This document shows positions 38,069 to 47,535 of a DNA stretch of 55,892 nt, piece by piece. Positions within the stretch are counted from its first letter, which is position 1. Every line of letters starts with the position of its first letter. Location of the stretch: positions 1 through 55,892 of the forward strand of contig CAZDMD010000001.1 of the NCBI GenBank assembly GCA_964506805.1, given 5' to 3'. This DNA comes from an uncultured Vampirovibrionales bacterium (GTDB taxonomy: Bacteria > Cyanobacteriota > Vampirovibrionia > Vampirovibrionales > JAJTHC01). The notes beneath the pieces were generated by a model. It did not search any database. It was not told the origin of the DNA and was given only the letters and a program-made list of their open reading frames with translations. Made by a program: the position numbers and the translations under genes.

Positions 38069-41000
38069 TTATGACAACCTTATTCGCTTGTTGCTTCTGA
38101 TTTGTTCTTTGAGGTAGGTTTCAACCTCTTTCAGGTATGTATCAACGTCGTCTTCTGTTTCAAGTATTTGTTTAGTTTTGACCACTTTTGCAGGATCCAC
38201 AAATACAAGCTCCTTTGTCTCGACTTTTGGAGGCTCTGGCATAACTTGTACCTGTTCACCAACGGGGTCTGTTGTCGAAGATTCCGTTTGTGCAATAAGT
38301 TTCATTTCTTCAAGTTTTTGTTCGATAAGTGCAATGCTTCTTTGAGAAACGGATTGTACTCTTTCATTTAGAGCAATCACATCGTTAAAGTCGGTCGCCT
38401 TTTCAAGCTCCGATTTTAGGCTTGTGAAAGGGTGTTTGAATTGTTCAGAATCAAGCGTATTGTTTTCAACTTCTGATTTTACAAATTCCCACTCTGCGTT
38501 TATTTCTTCCTGCACATTGGCTTTGGTATTTTGCAAGAGTTGAGAATACTGCTCATCAAACGTCTTGCAGATAAACGGCAGCTCTTTTACATCAGAGTAA
38601 GGTTTTGGATTGTTTAGAATCTGCTTTAATTTTTCTATATTTTCTTTAATATCTGCTTGATGCAGGTAATGGCTGTTTTTTTGATAAGTTTTAAGGGTTT
38701 TTATACCTGTATCAAAAATAGCTTTCTGACTATTAAAGAAGCTCTCAACCCGTTTATATTCTTCTTTCCAATTTGCCAGTGCATCAGCATTTTTGCTTAG
38801 CTCCTCAAGGAAAGAAAAAGCGTCTTTTTTGTATTCAAGTTCTTTAAGGATTTTTTGCCCCAATTCAAGAACATCTTTGCCAGGATAAGGATTGTTCTGA
38901 TATGAATAAAGATATTTAGTCAGCTCCTGAATTTCGGTTCTGATTAAATCCTCTCTTATTATCCTTGCAAGGTCTTCGCCATCTTCCGGCAAGTCGTGCT
39001 TGTCAAAGATTTCTCTTCCGATTTTCTTTGCCGTATCTATCAATGCTGTATCAATTCTTGGCTTTAGTTTGATTATAAGTTTGTCGTATTCTTTGTATTT
39101 TGTAAGATACCCGACAACTTTTGAATCTTCAGGTGTTAGATCTTCTGCGTTATAGGTGAGTTTGATTTCGTTCTTAGCGAACAATGCCGCAATAACTGCC
39201 GCAATATCATACTGAGCCCAACCGTAGGGCTTTTTAGAATATTTGTCTTTTAACTCTTGCAGAGTCACTGTTCTTGCAAAATCAGAATATTGTTTAACTA
39301 TTCCAAGAACATCCTCTTCTGCGGCTTTATTTCCACCGTCCGTTCTAAGCTGTGGGCTTGTAAGAATTCCATGAATTTCTCTCTCTGATTGAACATTGGC
39401 TTTGATTAAAGGTAATTTATAGAAAGTGTTTTTAACAAGGATTTCAAGTGCCTTATTAATTCGTTTTACGGCATCCACAGATTCTTCAACGCTTAATTTT
39501 TCACCCGAAGCAAACATTTCAGAATTTAAAATAGCAGCCGAAAGCGACTCTTGTACTCTTTTCTTTCTCTGAGAACGCTCATTTTCTTTTGCATTAATAA
39601 TATTTCTAACACTTTCAGACTTTGCAATGTCACTGTTTTGCTTAATATATTTGTCTGTTTTGATTATCTGTTCTACCTCTTCAAGATATGAACGGTCTGA
39701 AGGAAGCTTGATAAGTAAAAGTCCGCCAACATTTGTGTGTGATTTGTGAACATTTTCATCAAGGTTAAACTCATTGCTATCAGGAGTTAAAAACCTGATT
39801 TCTATGTCTTCACCTTGTTTTCCGACAAAATACTCATCAACTTTTTTAGTGAAATTATACAGATTGAACTTGCCGTATTTATAAGCTCTGTCTGCATAAA
39901 TCTCTTCAAAAAGAGTAGTGTAAACAAATTTGACAATCTCTCTATAATCAATAGATTGGTTTTTGATGCCACGATTAACATCCTGCTCTTCATCCGTTAA
40001 AAAGTCATACTCTAAACCATTTTGCTGAATAAGAACAACTTGTTTCAGCCTTGATAAAGAAGCGTTAATCTTGTTTCTTAACTCGATTTTATTCTCATGA
40101 ATGTTTGAAATCATTAGTGTTGCTATGTTTTCAATATCTGAAGAAAAGACCTTTATGTATTTAATCATAAATAGAATTTTTAAAACTTCAATATCAAATT
40201 CTTCTAATTCTGAAAGTTGTCTAGCTTTTGCGAAAATTCTTGTTATTGAGCTATCAAGGAATGTTTCAACTGTTCTATAAAAGGCATTAAACGGCACAAG
40301 TTCATTTAAGTTTTTATCAGCATAGTCCATTGCTGCCGTGTGAAAAGCATTAAGCATTGAACGTTCACCTTCAGAAAGGTGCTTGCCTGCATGGCTAAAT
40401 TTTCTTATACACTCAAATACGCTTTGTAATAAATCAAACTGATAAGGTACAAAAGGATAAGTTGCTACGAAATCATCATTTGAAGCATAAGATTTCATGC
40501 CAACAGCCTTGGAGAAGGTTATAAGATTCTTTAATATTGCATCTTGTTCTCGATAAATCTCGCCAAGAGTCTTTTTTGCAAAGTCTTCTTTTGCGAGAAG
40601 TCTTCTTTTTATTACTTCATCAGTGTTTGAGCTTGATAAATTTAGTCGTGTAGTAAATCTTCCTTGAATTTTAGAGAAGTCTTGGTCTTTAAATCTTTCT
40701 TTTGTTAAGGAGTCAATAGCTTCTTGTGATGTCACAATTACCCAAGCTTTACCCTGACAAATTGTTCCAAGATTTTCTGTTACAGTTTGCAAGTTCAACA
40801 TCAAATCTGTATTCTGACCAACATACTGCCCTACTTCGTCAACAAGGAAGACTATTCTTTGATTTTTACCCTTTTTATCAAGATATTTTTTAACTAATTT
40901 TGCAAAACCTTCTGTTGATAAAGAGTAGCTGTTTTCTGAATTTTCAAACATTTGTGATGCAGAATCTTCACTCATTCCAGTAGTTTTAACAATGGCTTCA

Positions 41001-41635
41001 ACAAAATAATCTTTGACAAAGTAGGTTAAATCTCTTTTTTCAATCCATTCTTCGCCAGTAATGTTTTTATACTCTTGTTTAAATCTATCATAGTTGCCTT
41101 CTTCATCAAGAGTTCGTTCAATCTGAGCAAGCCAAGGTATCTCTGCACAATAACCAAGTTTTTCGTTAAATACTTTCATAAAGACTTCAACAATAGCAGT
41201 TTTTCTTGTCTTGCTATCAGATGCACTCTTGGAATCTATATTAAACAAAATAGCATCAGTAGAGTATTTAGAAGCTCTTTCTATTTCACTAAATACATAC
41301 TTGTCTTCTACTTTATCTGTAAAGAAATCAACTGCTTTTTTTCCTTTAACTTCCCTATTCTCAAGCAAATAAGAAATCATCTTTAAGAAGTGAGATTTAC
41401 CTGAACCAAAAAAGCCTGAAATCCAAACACCTATTTGATCCGTATTTGACTCTAAGGATTTATTGTAGGAATTATAAAAATCAACAAAATGCTTTCTTAA
41501 TTCGTGTGTAATTACAAATTCATCAAGCTCTTGATAAACCTCTTCTTCTTTGGCTTGGTCAACTTTAATTACACCATTGATATTTCTTTTTATATCTTTT
41601 GAAAACAGTTCCTGTATCTTCATATCTTCCTGCAC
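38069..41635 (-). CDS. brxC: BREX P-loop ATPase BrxC/PglY
   Basis: Walker A WISGFFGSGKSHFLKMISYLLEN, Walker B VFLVDEVGQY, 1188 aa, synteny. Confidence 0.9.
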   Translation of the reverse strand: MQEDMKIQELFSKDIKRNINGVIKVDQAKEEEVYQELDEFVITHELRKHFVDFYNSYNKSLESNTDQIGVWISGFFGSGKSHFLKMISYLLENREVKGKKAVDFFTDKVEDKYVFSEIERASKYSTDAILFNIDSKSASDSKTRKTAIVEVFMKVFNEKLGYCAEIPWLAQIERTLDEEGNYDRFKQEYKNITGEEWIEKRDLTYFVKDYFVEAIVKTTGMSEDSASQMFENSENSYSLSTEGFAKLVKKYLDKKGKNQRIVFLVDEVGQYVGQNTDLMLNLQTVTENLGTICQGKAWVIVTSQEAIDSLTKERFKDQDFSKIQGRFTTRLNLSSSNTDEVIKRRLLAKEDFAKKTLGEIYREQDAILKNLITFSKAVGMKSYASNDDFVATYPFVPYQFDLLQSVFECIRKFSHAGKHLSEGERSMLNAFHTAAMDYADKNLNELVPFNAFYRTVETFLDSSITRIFAKARQLSELEEFDIEVLKILFMIKYIKVFSSDIENIATLMISNIHENKIELRNKINASLSRLKQVVLIQQNGLEYDFLTDEEQDVNRGIKNQSIDYREIVKFVYTTLFEEIYADRAYKYGKFNLYNFTKKVDEYFVGKQGEDIEIRFLTPDSNEFNLDENVHKSHTNVGGLLLIKLPSDRSYLEEVEQIIKTDKYIKQNSDIAKSESVRNIINAKENERSQRKKRVQESLSAAILNSEMFASGEKLSVEESVDAVKRINKALEILVKNTFYKLPLIKANVQSEREIHGILTSPQLRTDGGNKAAEEDVLGIVKQYSDFARTVTLQELKDKYSKKPYGWAQYDIAAVIAALFAKNEIKLTYNAEDLTPEDSKVVGYLTKYKEYDKLIIKLKPRIDTALIDTAKKIGREIFDKHDLPEDGEDLARIIREDLIRTEIQELTKYLYSYQNNPYPGKDVLELGQKILKELEYKKDAFSFLEELSKNADALANWKEEYKRVESFFNSQKAIFDTGIKTLKTYQKNSHYLHQADIKENIEKLKQILNNPKPYSDVKELPFICKTFDEQYSQLLQNTKANVQEEINAEWEFVKSEVENNTLDSEQFKHPFTSLKSELEKATDFNDVIALNERVQSVSQRSIALIEQKLEEMKLIAQTESSTTDPVGEQVQVMPEPPKVETKELVFVDPAKVVKTKQILETEDDVDTYLKEVETYLKEQIRSNKRIRLS

Positions 41636-41644
41636 CTTCTTTAT

Positions 41645-42271
41645 TTAGACATCATCTTCTACGAGTTTAAAGGCTCTGTAGTAGTTATCATCGGTTATTC
41701 CTGCAAAGACTTTGCTTTTGAACAATCTTAAGTCTTTTTGATCATAAGCACCAGGATAAAACATTATCACTGGAACTTTATCCAAGACGTGATGTAAGTT
41801 ATTCAAAATTGTGTGTGACCTAACAAGTGGCCATACTTTGCCTACCCCTGTTATTAAAACAAGATTTGCGTTTTTAACTTTTTCCTCAATTAAAGCTATG
41901 AATCTTTGAGGCTTCAATAGAGCAGTAAGCCCTTTTTCTAGCCTTAAAGTCCCATCTTTTTCTTCCATTAATGGTATTTCATCAAGGATAGTTTTATCTT
42001 TAATTTTTTGAGAATCAAGAATCTTAATCATAAGTTCAAATAGATCTAATTCTACAGGTTTTATTATTGAACTATCAAATTTATAACTTTGAATAAATTG
42101 TTCAACAAAACTTCTAGCTTTAATCTCGTCCTTTGGGTCATAATCAAAAATATAAAACCCAAGCTCACCGCCTTGTGTTTTATTATTCAGAAAACCATCG
42201 GTTTCAATTATTTCTTTTATTCTGTCAAATCGTTTTCCTATACTACTCAATCTAACCTCCCAACATCGCAT
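41645..42271 (-). CDS. brxB: BREX protein BrxB (DUF1788-like)
   Basis: About 200 aa with GFYIFDYDPKDE, positioned between brxA and brxC. It overlaps brxA by 20 nt, so the start is uncertain. Confidence 0.8.
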   Translation of the reverse strand: MRCWEVRLSSIGKRFDRIKEIIETDGFLNNKTQGGELGFYIFDYDPKDEIKARSFVEQFIQSYKFDSSIIKPVELDLFELMIKILDSQKIKDKTILDEIPLMEEKDGTLRLEKGLTALLKPQRFIALIEEKVKNANLVLITGVGKVWPLVRSHTILNNLHHVLDKVPVIMFYPGAYDQKDLRLFKSKVFAGITDDNYYRAFKLVEDDV

Positions 42272-42845
42272 TTAAATATTCACGATCTCCGATGGTCTTT
42301 AAATGATCAGATAGTTTCGAATCTATTATAGGAGGTTCAATCTCAAGCTTTACTGTGTCCTTAATATAACCAGCCTCAATTAAAATTTTAGTGTAAACTT
42401 GCTTTAATTTTGTTATAGTCGCATCTGTGAAGTTAGATACTATTTCAGATTGTTCAGCTTTAATATCTAAAAAGTTTTGAATAACGGCTTTGTTTAGTTG
42501 TGGCTGTAAAGACTTGTATCTCTCACAAACCACTTGTTGCATAAATTCAAAGAACATAAAATCAGTCTTCATAATTGAATATAACGCAACTAATCTGCCA
42601 GTTTCGTTTGATGAGTTAACTAGCATTTGAATCAACTCTTCATCTAAAATTTCAAGTCTTTCTATAACAGCTCCCAACCTTTTAGGCACACTTTTGATTG
42701 TTTTGTACTGAAATAAATTATTTTCGATTACTATTTTTTTTATGTCCTGATCTTTGATTCCAGCTGACTTTAATTTAGCAACTTCTTTGAGTTCTAAATA
42801 TAAAAAAGGATTTCCTGTTATTTTCGCACTATATTTTTTTTGCAT
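42252..42845 (-). CDS. brxA: BREX protein BrxA (DUF1819-like)
   Basis: 197-aa first gene of the operon. The call rests mainly on size and canonical BREX-1 order. Confidence 0.75.
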   Translation of the reverse strand: MQKKYSAKITGNPFLYLELKEVAKLKSAGIKDQDIKKIVIENNLFQYKTIKSVPKRLGAVIERLEILDEELIQMLVNSSNETGRLVALYSIMKTDFMFFEFMQQVVCERYKSLQPQLNKAVIQNFLDIKAEQSEIVSNFTDATITKLKQVYTKILIEAGYIKDTVKLEIEPPIIDSKLSDHLKTIGDREYLNAMLGG

Positions 42846-43177
42846 ACTAATAAACTCTTTGTATCATATTTGCAATTAGTTAGGATATAACAACTTTGAC
42901 ATTAATTTAAAGTTGGAGTCACCCCATTAAAGACATATCGTTATCCTCAATGAATGTGAAGGATCTCCTTAAGTAAGAACAAGGTGTTCAAAGGGAATTG
43001 TCAAGCCTAACGGCTCACAATAACGAAATAACCTTATGACGTAGTTGATGATATTATAGGGATTCAAATTAATATGAGTATTTTATAACAAAAATGTTAA
43101 TAACTTAACAAAAGATTACGTGCAAAATGGATTAAGGTGAAGTTACGGAAAAAGTCATTTCCTTGAAACTTTAATTT

Positions 43178-43275
43178 ACAGAGTTTTTTGTACGTTGTTG
43201 CTACGATTAGTTTGTTCAGTCCTGTAGCTTTATCTGAACCCACTCACAAAAGAATCTAGACTATTCGTCTAGGCT
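43178..43275 (-). repeat. Dispersed intergenic repeat (MITE-like), copy 1, inverted orientation
   Basis: tacgttgttgctacgattagtttgttcagtc...cacaaaagaatctag...cgtctaggct is the near reverse complement of 44185-44270. Confidence 0.7.
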
Positions 43276-43389
43276 ACTATTCCAAAAGATCTGGTGAATT
43301 CAAGAAACCTCTACTTTACAGGGGAAGACCACATAGCTATAATAATAAAAGTAACCCCATTAAACCCCAACCGTTTAGGAGCTTTTAAA

Positions 43390-44097
43390 ATGAGCCTTCT
43401 CGCCTTTGTTCAGAAAATTGAATCGGCTTTAAACTCGAAAGAAGTGAAAGCCTTTGAAAAGCAAGTGAACGCTTTCGTCCACAAACTCAATCAGATCGAC
43501 TGGCAAAAAGCCGAAGAGCATTTTAAAATAAACGCAGATATTTCTGAAAGTATCCTCGCTGAACTCGATCGTAAACAGATCGACAGCTCGGTATTAGACG
43601 GCATCAGCTTTCCTGAGGTGCTTGAACTCTACGTGCTGTCTACTCAGCAAAACTTGCCCTTTGGGGAATTACTTGAAGATAGTCTCGATCTCTTTAAAAA
43701 GGTGAACTATGACGCTTCTAAAACCTATCTCCGCGTATTAAAAAAACGAAGCACTCGCACGATAGAGGACCTCAAAGAGGTTAAACTCCCCGCAGACGTG
43801 CTGGTGAAGCTAAAAACCCACGATGCTTATATAAAGGAGCTATTTCAGGTCGCTGTTCAGAACTATACGGAAGGCAAGATCTCCCTTCCAGAAACGGAAC
43901 GCAAGATTCTCAAGGCATTGAAAAAGAATAGATGGCTAACGAATAAGGCACTGGCTGAACAACTTAATTATAGTGAACGCACTATTGAAGCCAACTGTTC
44001 CAAAATAAGAGAACGCTTTGGCTTAGATGACCTAAAAGATAAAAATAGCAAACGACGCATCGTGATCGATTTGGCACAATTCTTGACGCTCGACTAA
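43390..44097 (+). CDS. 235-aa protein with a C-terminal LuxR/GerE-type HTH; conserved anchor gene of the island family
   Basis: C-terminus ETERKILKALKKNRWLTNKALAEQLNYSERTIEANCSKIRERFGL. ATG 43390 lies 8 nt after aggag. The track ORF starts upstream at 43294, but the 4057-4139 remnant conserves only from the RBS onward. Confidence 0.7.
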   Translation: MSLLAFVQKIESALNSKEVKAFEKQVNAFVHKLNQIDWQKAEEHFKINADISESILAELDRKQIDSSVLDGISFPEVLELYVLSTQQNLPFGELLEDSLDLFKKVNYDASKTYLRVLKKRSTRTIEDLKEVKLPADVLVKLKTHDAYIKELFQVAVQNYTEGKISLPETERKILKALKKNRWLTNKALAEQLNYSERTIEANCSKIRERFGLDDLKDKNSKRRIVIDLAQFLTLD

Positions 44098-44146
44098 AGT
44101 CTGCGGTTATCCACATTTTAAATTGCTTCTCAATCGTGTATGGTGA

Positions 44147-44301
44147 AATTATAGTCGTTTTCAGAGTTTTTTGTAGAGATGGCTAGACGAGGAGCCTAGA
44201 TTATTTTGTGAATGGAGTGTAGACAGAACTACATGACTGAACAAAATACATCGTAGCGACAACGTATAGACGCTCTACAAAAAATTATGGGAACGACTAT
44301 A
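44147..44301 (+). repeat. Dispersed intergenic repeat (MITE-like), copy 2, with terminal inverted repeats
   Basis: Left end aattatagtcgttttcagagttttttgtagag, right end ctctacaaaaaattatgggaacgactata. The core ctagacgaggagcctagattattttgtga...catgactgaacaaaa..atcgtagcgacaa is shared with 51450-51535. Confidence 0.75.
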
Positions 44302-44329
44302 TCACATCAACCTAAAGGAGCCTCCCCCA

Positions 44330-45640
44330 ATGACCTTACACCTTGAGTATTTAAACACAACGACGATTCAGCCTTACAAGCAGAACCCACGGATTCACAA
44401 GAGTAAACAAATTGCTCAAATTGCCCATTCGATTCAAACCTTTGCGTTTAACAACCCTATTCTCATTGACGAAAAGAATGAAATCATCGCAGGTCACGGC
44501 AGATGGCTGGCCGCTCAACAGCTTCACTTGAGTGAGGTACCCGTGATCAAATTATTGCATTTGAGTGAAGCCCAGAAAAAAGCCTATCGCATCGCCGACA
44601 ACAAACTCACGGAAAACGGTCAATGGGACGTTGACTTATTGAAGATCGAGTTCTTGGAGCTAGAAGCGTTGGATCTAAACTTTGGCTTGGAGATTACAGG
44701 CTTTGACATCGCCGACATTGACTTGATTCTGGATGCACAGCTCGCAGACAAAAACACCCCGTTAGATGAACAAGCCAATGCCGTTCCTTTTGTACCCGAG
44801 CATGAAATTGTCACAACCCTAGGTGACACATGGCTTTTAGGTAAGCATAAAATCATCTGCGGCGATGCCTTAGTACCCGAAACCTATCAAGCCTTATGCC
44901 AAGACAAAAAAGCGAGTATGGTATTTACCGACCCACCCTACAACGTCAAGGTGGAGGGACATATTGGCGGCTTGGGGAAAATCAAGCATAAGGAGTTTCA
45001 AATGGCATCAGGGGAAATGTCTTCCGCTGAATTTCAGGCTTTTTTGCAGAAAAACTTCACCCTCCTAAAGGCTTTTTCAAAGAATGGATCGCTCCACTAT
45101 ATTTGCATGGATTGGCGACATATTAAGGAGATCATTGAAGCAGGCACCGCCGTGTATGACGATTTTAAAAACCTCTGCGTGTGGAATAAGGACAACGGCG
45201 GCATGGGGTCGCTCTATCGTTCCAAGCATGAACTCGTCTTTGTCTTCAAACACGGCAACCGCTCGCATCACAACAATGTAGAACTCGGTTCACACGGACG
45301 CTACCGAACCAATGTGTGGGATTACCCTGGTGTCAACTCCTTTGGCGGAGATAAAGACAAGCTCAAAATGCACCCCACCGTCAAACCTGTTGAAATGGTC
45401 AAAGATGCCATTTTAGATGTGTCCGCTCGGAGTGAAATCATACTCGATGCGTTTTTAGGCTCAGGGACAACATTAATCGCCGCAGAACAATGCGGACGGA
45501 TTTGTTACGGTATCGAGTTAGAACCGCTCTATGTCGATACCACGATTCGTCGTTGGCAGGACATTAGCGGGCAATCTGCGATTCACCAAGCGACAGGCCA
45601 AACATACCGAGAACTGCTGGAGGACAAAATCAATGCTTAA
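44330..45640 (+). CDS. ParB-like N-terminal domain fused to a beta-class N4/N6 DNA methyltransferase
   Basis: ParB/Srx-like IQPYKQNPRIHKSKQIAQIAHSIQTFAFNNPILIDEKNEIIAGHGRWLAA. Methylase motif IV VFTDPPYN and motif I ILDAFLGSGTTLIAAE. Confidence 0.88.
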   Translation: MTLHLEYLNTTTIQPYKQNPRIHKSKQIAQIAHSIQTFAFNNPILIDEKNEIIAGHGRWLAAQQLHLSEVPVIKLLHLSEAQKKAYRIADNKLTENGQWDVDLLKIEFLELEALDLNFGLEITGFDIADIDLILDAQLADKNTPLDEQANAVPFVPEHEIVTTLGDTWLLGKHKIICGDALVPETYQALCQDKKASMVFTDPPYNVKVEGHIGGLGKIKHKEFQMASGEMSSAEFQAFLQKNFTLLKAFSKNGSLHYICMDWRHIKEIIEAGTAVYDDFKNLCVWNKDNGGMGSLYRSKHELVFVFKHGNRSHHNNVELGSHGRYRTNVWDYPGVNSFGGDKDKLKMHPTVKPVEMVKDAILDVSARSEIILDAFLGSGTTLIAAEQCGRICYGIELEPLYVDTTIRRWQDISGQSAIHQATGQTYRELLEDKINA

Positions 45641-46025
45641 CGACTACGACATCGGCTACGGAAAACCTCCAGAAGAAAAACGCTTTAAACAGGGGAAATC
45701 AGGTAATCCGCAGGGGCGTCCCAAAGGGAGCAAAAATACCTACACCTTACTCAATGACATTCTTAACCAAAAAATCGTCGTCTCAGAAGGCGATGAAAAA
45801 ATCAAAATATCTAAGAAAATGGCGATGCTCACACAACTGGTCAATAAAGGCGTCAAAGGCGATATAAAAGCCATTACCGCCTTACTGCCTCACCTCTTAA
45901 TCGCCGATTTAAAAGAAGAAGAACGTCATCAGATACGAGAACTTTTAAATCAGGATGATCAATCGATTATTGCCGACTATCTTTCTCGGTATCATGGAAC
46001 TGCTGAGGACGAAGCCCATGAGTAA
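45633..46025 (+). CDS. DUF5681-like small protein, probable small terminase subunit
   Basis: MLNDYDIGYGKPPEEKRFKQGKSGNPQGRPKGSKN is the DUF5681 N-terminal signature. ATG 45633 overlaps the methylase stop, and the gene lies directly upstream of TerL. Confidence 0.65.
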   Translation: MLNDYDIGYGKPPEEKRFKQGKSGNPQGRPKGSKNTYTLLNDILNQKIVVSEGDEKIKISKKMAMLTQLVNKGVKGDIKAITALLPHLLIADLKEEERHQIRELLNQDDQSIIADYLSRYHGTAEDEAHE

Positions 46026-47454
46026 AAGCATTTTAAACGCCATCTTACGAAGCGACTTCACGGCCTTTGTCCAAAAAGTCTTTCTTGAAGTCTCCCCCAA
46101 TGCTCAGTATCTCGGTAACTGGCATATCGATTTAATTTGCCATGAACTCGAAGCCATGTTGGCAGGTCAAAACCCTCGACTCATTGTCAATATACCCCCA
46201 CGCTACATGAAGTCTATTATTTGCTCTATTGCCTTTCCTGCCTATATTTTAGGGAAGAATCCGAAAGCCACGATTATCGCCGTCAGTTATAACGAAGACT
46301 TGTCGCAGAAGTTGGCGTTAGATTGTAAACGGGTCATGGAAAGTCAGTGGTATCGGGATATTTTTCCGCATACCCGATTATCCAAAAATAAAAAAGCCAT
46401 TGCGGATTTTGAAACCAGCCGTGGAGGCGGTCGTTTTTCAACTTCTGTCAATGGCACCTTAACAGGTCGAGGAGCCGATTACCTGATTATAGATGACCCG
46501 ATTAAACCCGACGATGCCCTATCCGATCTCCTTAGAAAAAAGACAAATGATTGGTACGGCAGTACCCTCTATTCAAGGCTTAACAACAAAAACGACGGCA
46601 AAATCATGGTGATTATGCAACGCTTGCACGACGAAGATTTCACAGGCTACTTGCTTCAAAGCGACAAAACCTTTAAGCACTTAAAAATACCCGCCATAGC
46701 CGAAAGCAATGAAATATGGTCATTCAAGCATAAAACAGTAACGCGTCAAAAAGGTGAAGCCCTCCACCCTGAACGAGAGTCCCTCTCCAAGCTCATAGAA
46801 GCCAAAAAGCAAATGGGAGAATACCATTTTTCAGGTCAGTACCAACAAAACCCAGCTCCACGAGACGGCGGGATTATTAAGAAAAAATGGTTTAAATACT
46901 ATGATCCGAACGCCCTGTTTAAAGCCATCGCTGAGAAAGAAATCAGAATCAAATCTATTTTCCAGTCGTGGGATACCGCCAGTAAAATAGAGCAATACAA
47001 CGATTATTCCGTGTGTCTGACGGTATTGAGAGATAGAAAAGGCGTGCATTATATTTTAGACGCTTACCGAGAAAAACTAGAGTTCCCTCAACTCGTCAAT
47101 CAAGTCATTCAACGCTATAAATCCGCAGAAACGACCTATGGTCGACAAATAGACGTCTTGATTGAAGATAAGAACTCAGGCATCCAACTCATTCAAACCT
47201 TGAAAACCCAACATTATATCACGGCAAAAGCCGTGAAGCCTGAACATGATAAACGCACCCGACTCATGGCCGTGTCGCATTTGATTGAAAACGGAAGCTG
47301 TTTATTTCCTAACAACGACCCCCACTGGCTTCTTGAGTTTGAATCTGAACTACTCCGCTTTCCCAATGGTAAATATGACGACCAGTGCGATGCCTTAAGC
47401 CAAGTCTTGGTGCAACCCAATACCTACACCTTCGTAGATGCGTTTGGCGATTAA
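46018..47454 (+). CDS. terL: Phage terminase large subunit (TerL) homologue
   Basis: P-loop region RLIVNIPPRYMKS, Walker B ADYLIIDDPIK, nuclease-domain acidic motifs FQSWDTASK and KYDDQCDALSQ. ATG 46018 (MSKSIL) overlaps the preceding gene. Confidence 0.8.
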   Translation: MSKSILNAILRSDFTAFVQKVFLEVSPNAQYLGNWHIDLICHELEAMLAGQNPRLIVNIPPRYMKSIICSIAFPAYILGKNPKATIIAVSYNEDLSQKLALDCKRVMESQWYRDIFPHTRLSKNKKAIADFETSRGGGRFSTSVNGTLTGRGADYLIIDDPIKPDDALSDLLRKKTNDWYGSTLYSRLNNKNDGKIMVIMQRLHDEDFTGYLLQSDKTFKHLKIPAIAESNEIWSFKHKTVTRQKGEALHPERESLSKLIEAKKQMGEYHFSGQYQQNPAPRDGGIIKKKWFKYYDPNALFKAIAEKEIRIKSIFQSWDTASKIEQYNDYSVCLTVLRDRKGVHYILDAYREKLEFPQLVNQVIQRYKSAETTYGRQIDVLIEDKNSGIQLIQTLKTQHYITAKAVKPEHDKRTRLMAVSHLIENGSCLFPNNDPHWLLEFESELLRFPNGKYDDQCDALSQVLVQPNTYTFVDAFGD

Positions 47455-47535
47455 ACTCACTCATATAAAGAGGATTTCTCTGGTTTTTGTACAAAAAACC
47501 TTGATACTTCACCCCTTCCAAGTGATGAATAGAGC

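Noticed and set aside
42856-42895. Sigma-70 promoter for brxA (ttgtta ... tatgat on the minus strand)
   Set aside because: The hexamers are plausible but the spacer is about 19 nt, and AT-rich DNA gives many such matches. It is too weak to annotate.
45955-46017. Upstream extensions of the track ORFs: TerL from 45955, DUF5681 from 45531, the LuxR-type gene from 43294, umuC from 18153
   Set aside because: The extensions overlap the preceding genes extensively. The internal ATGs coincide with stop-start overlaps or good RBS spacing and with where family similarity or repeat conservation begins.
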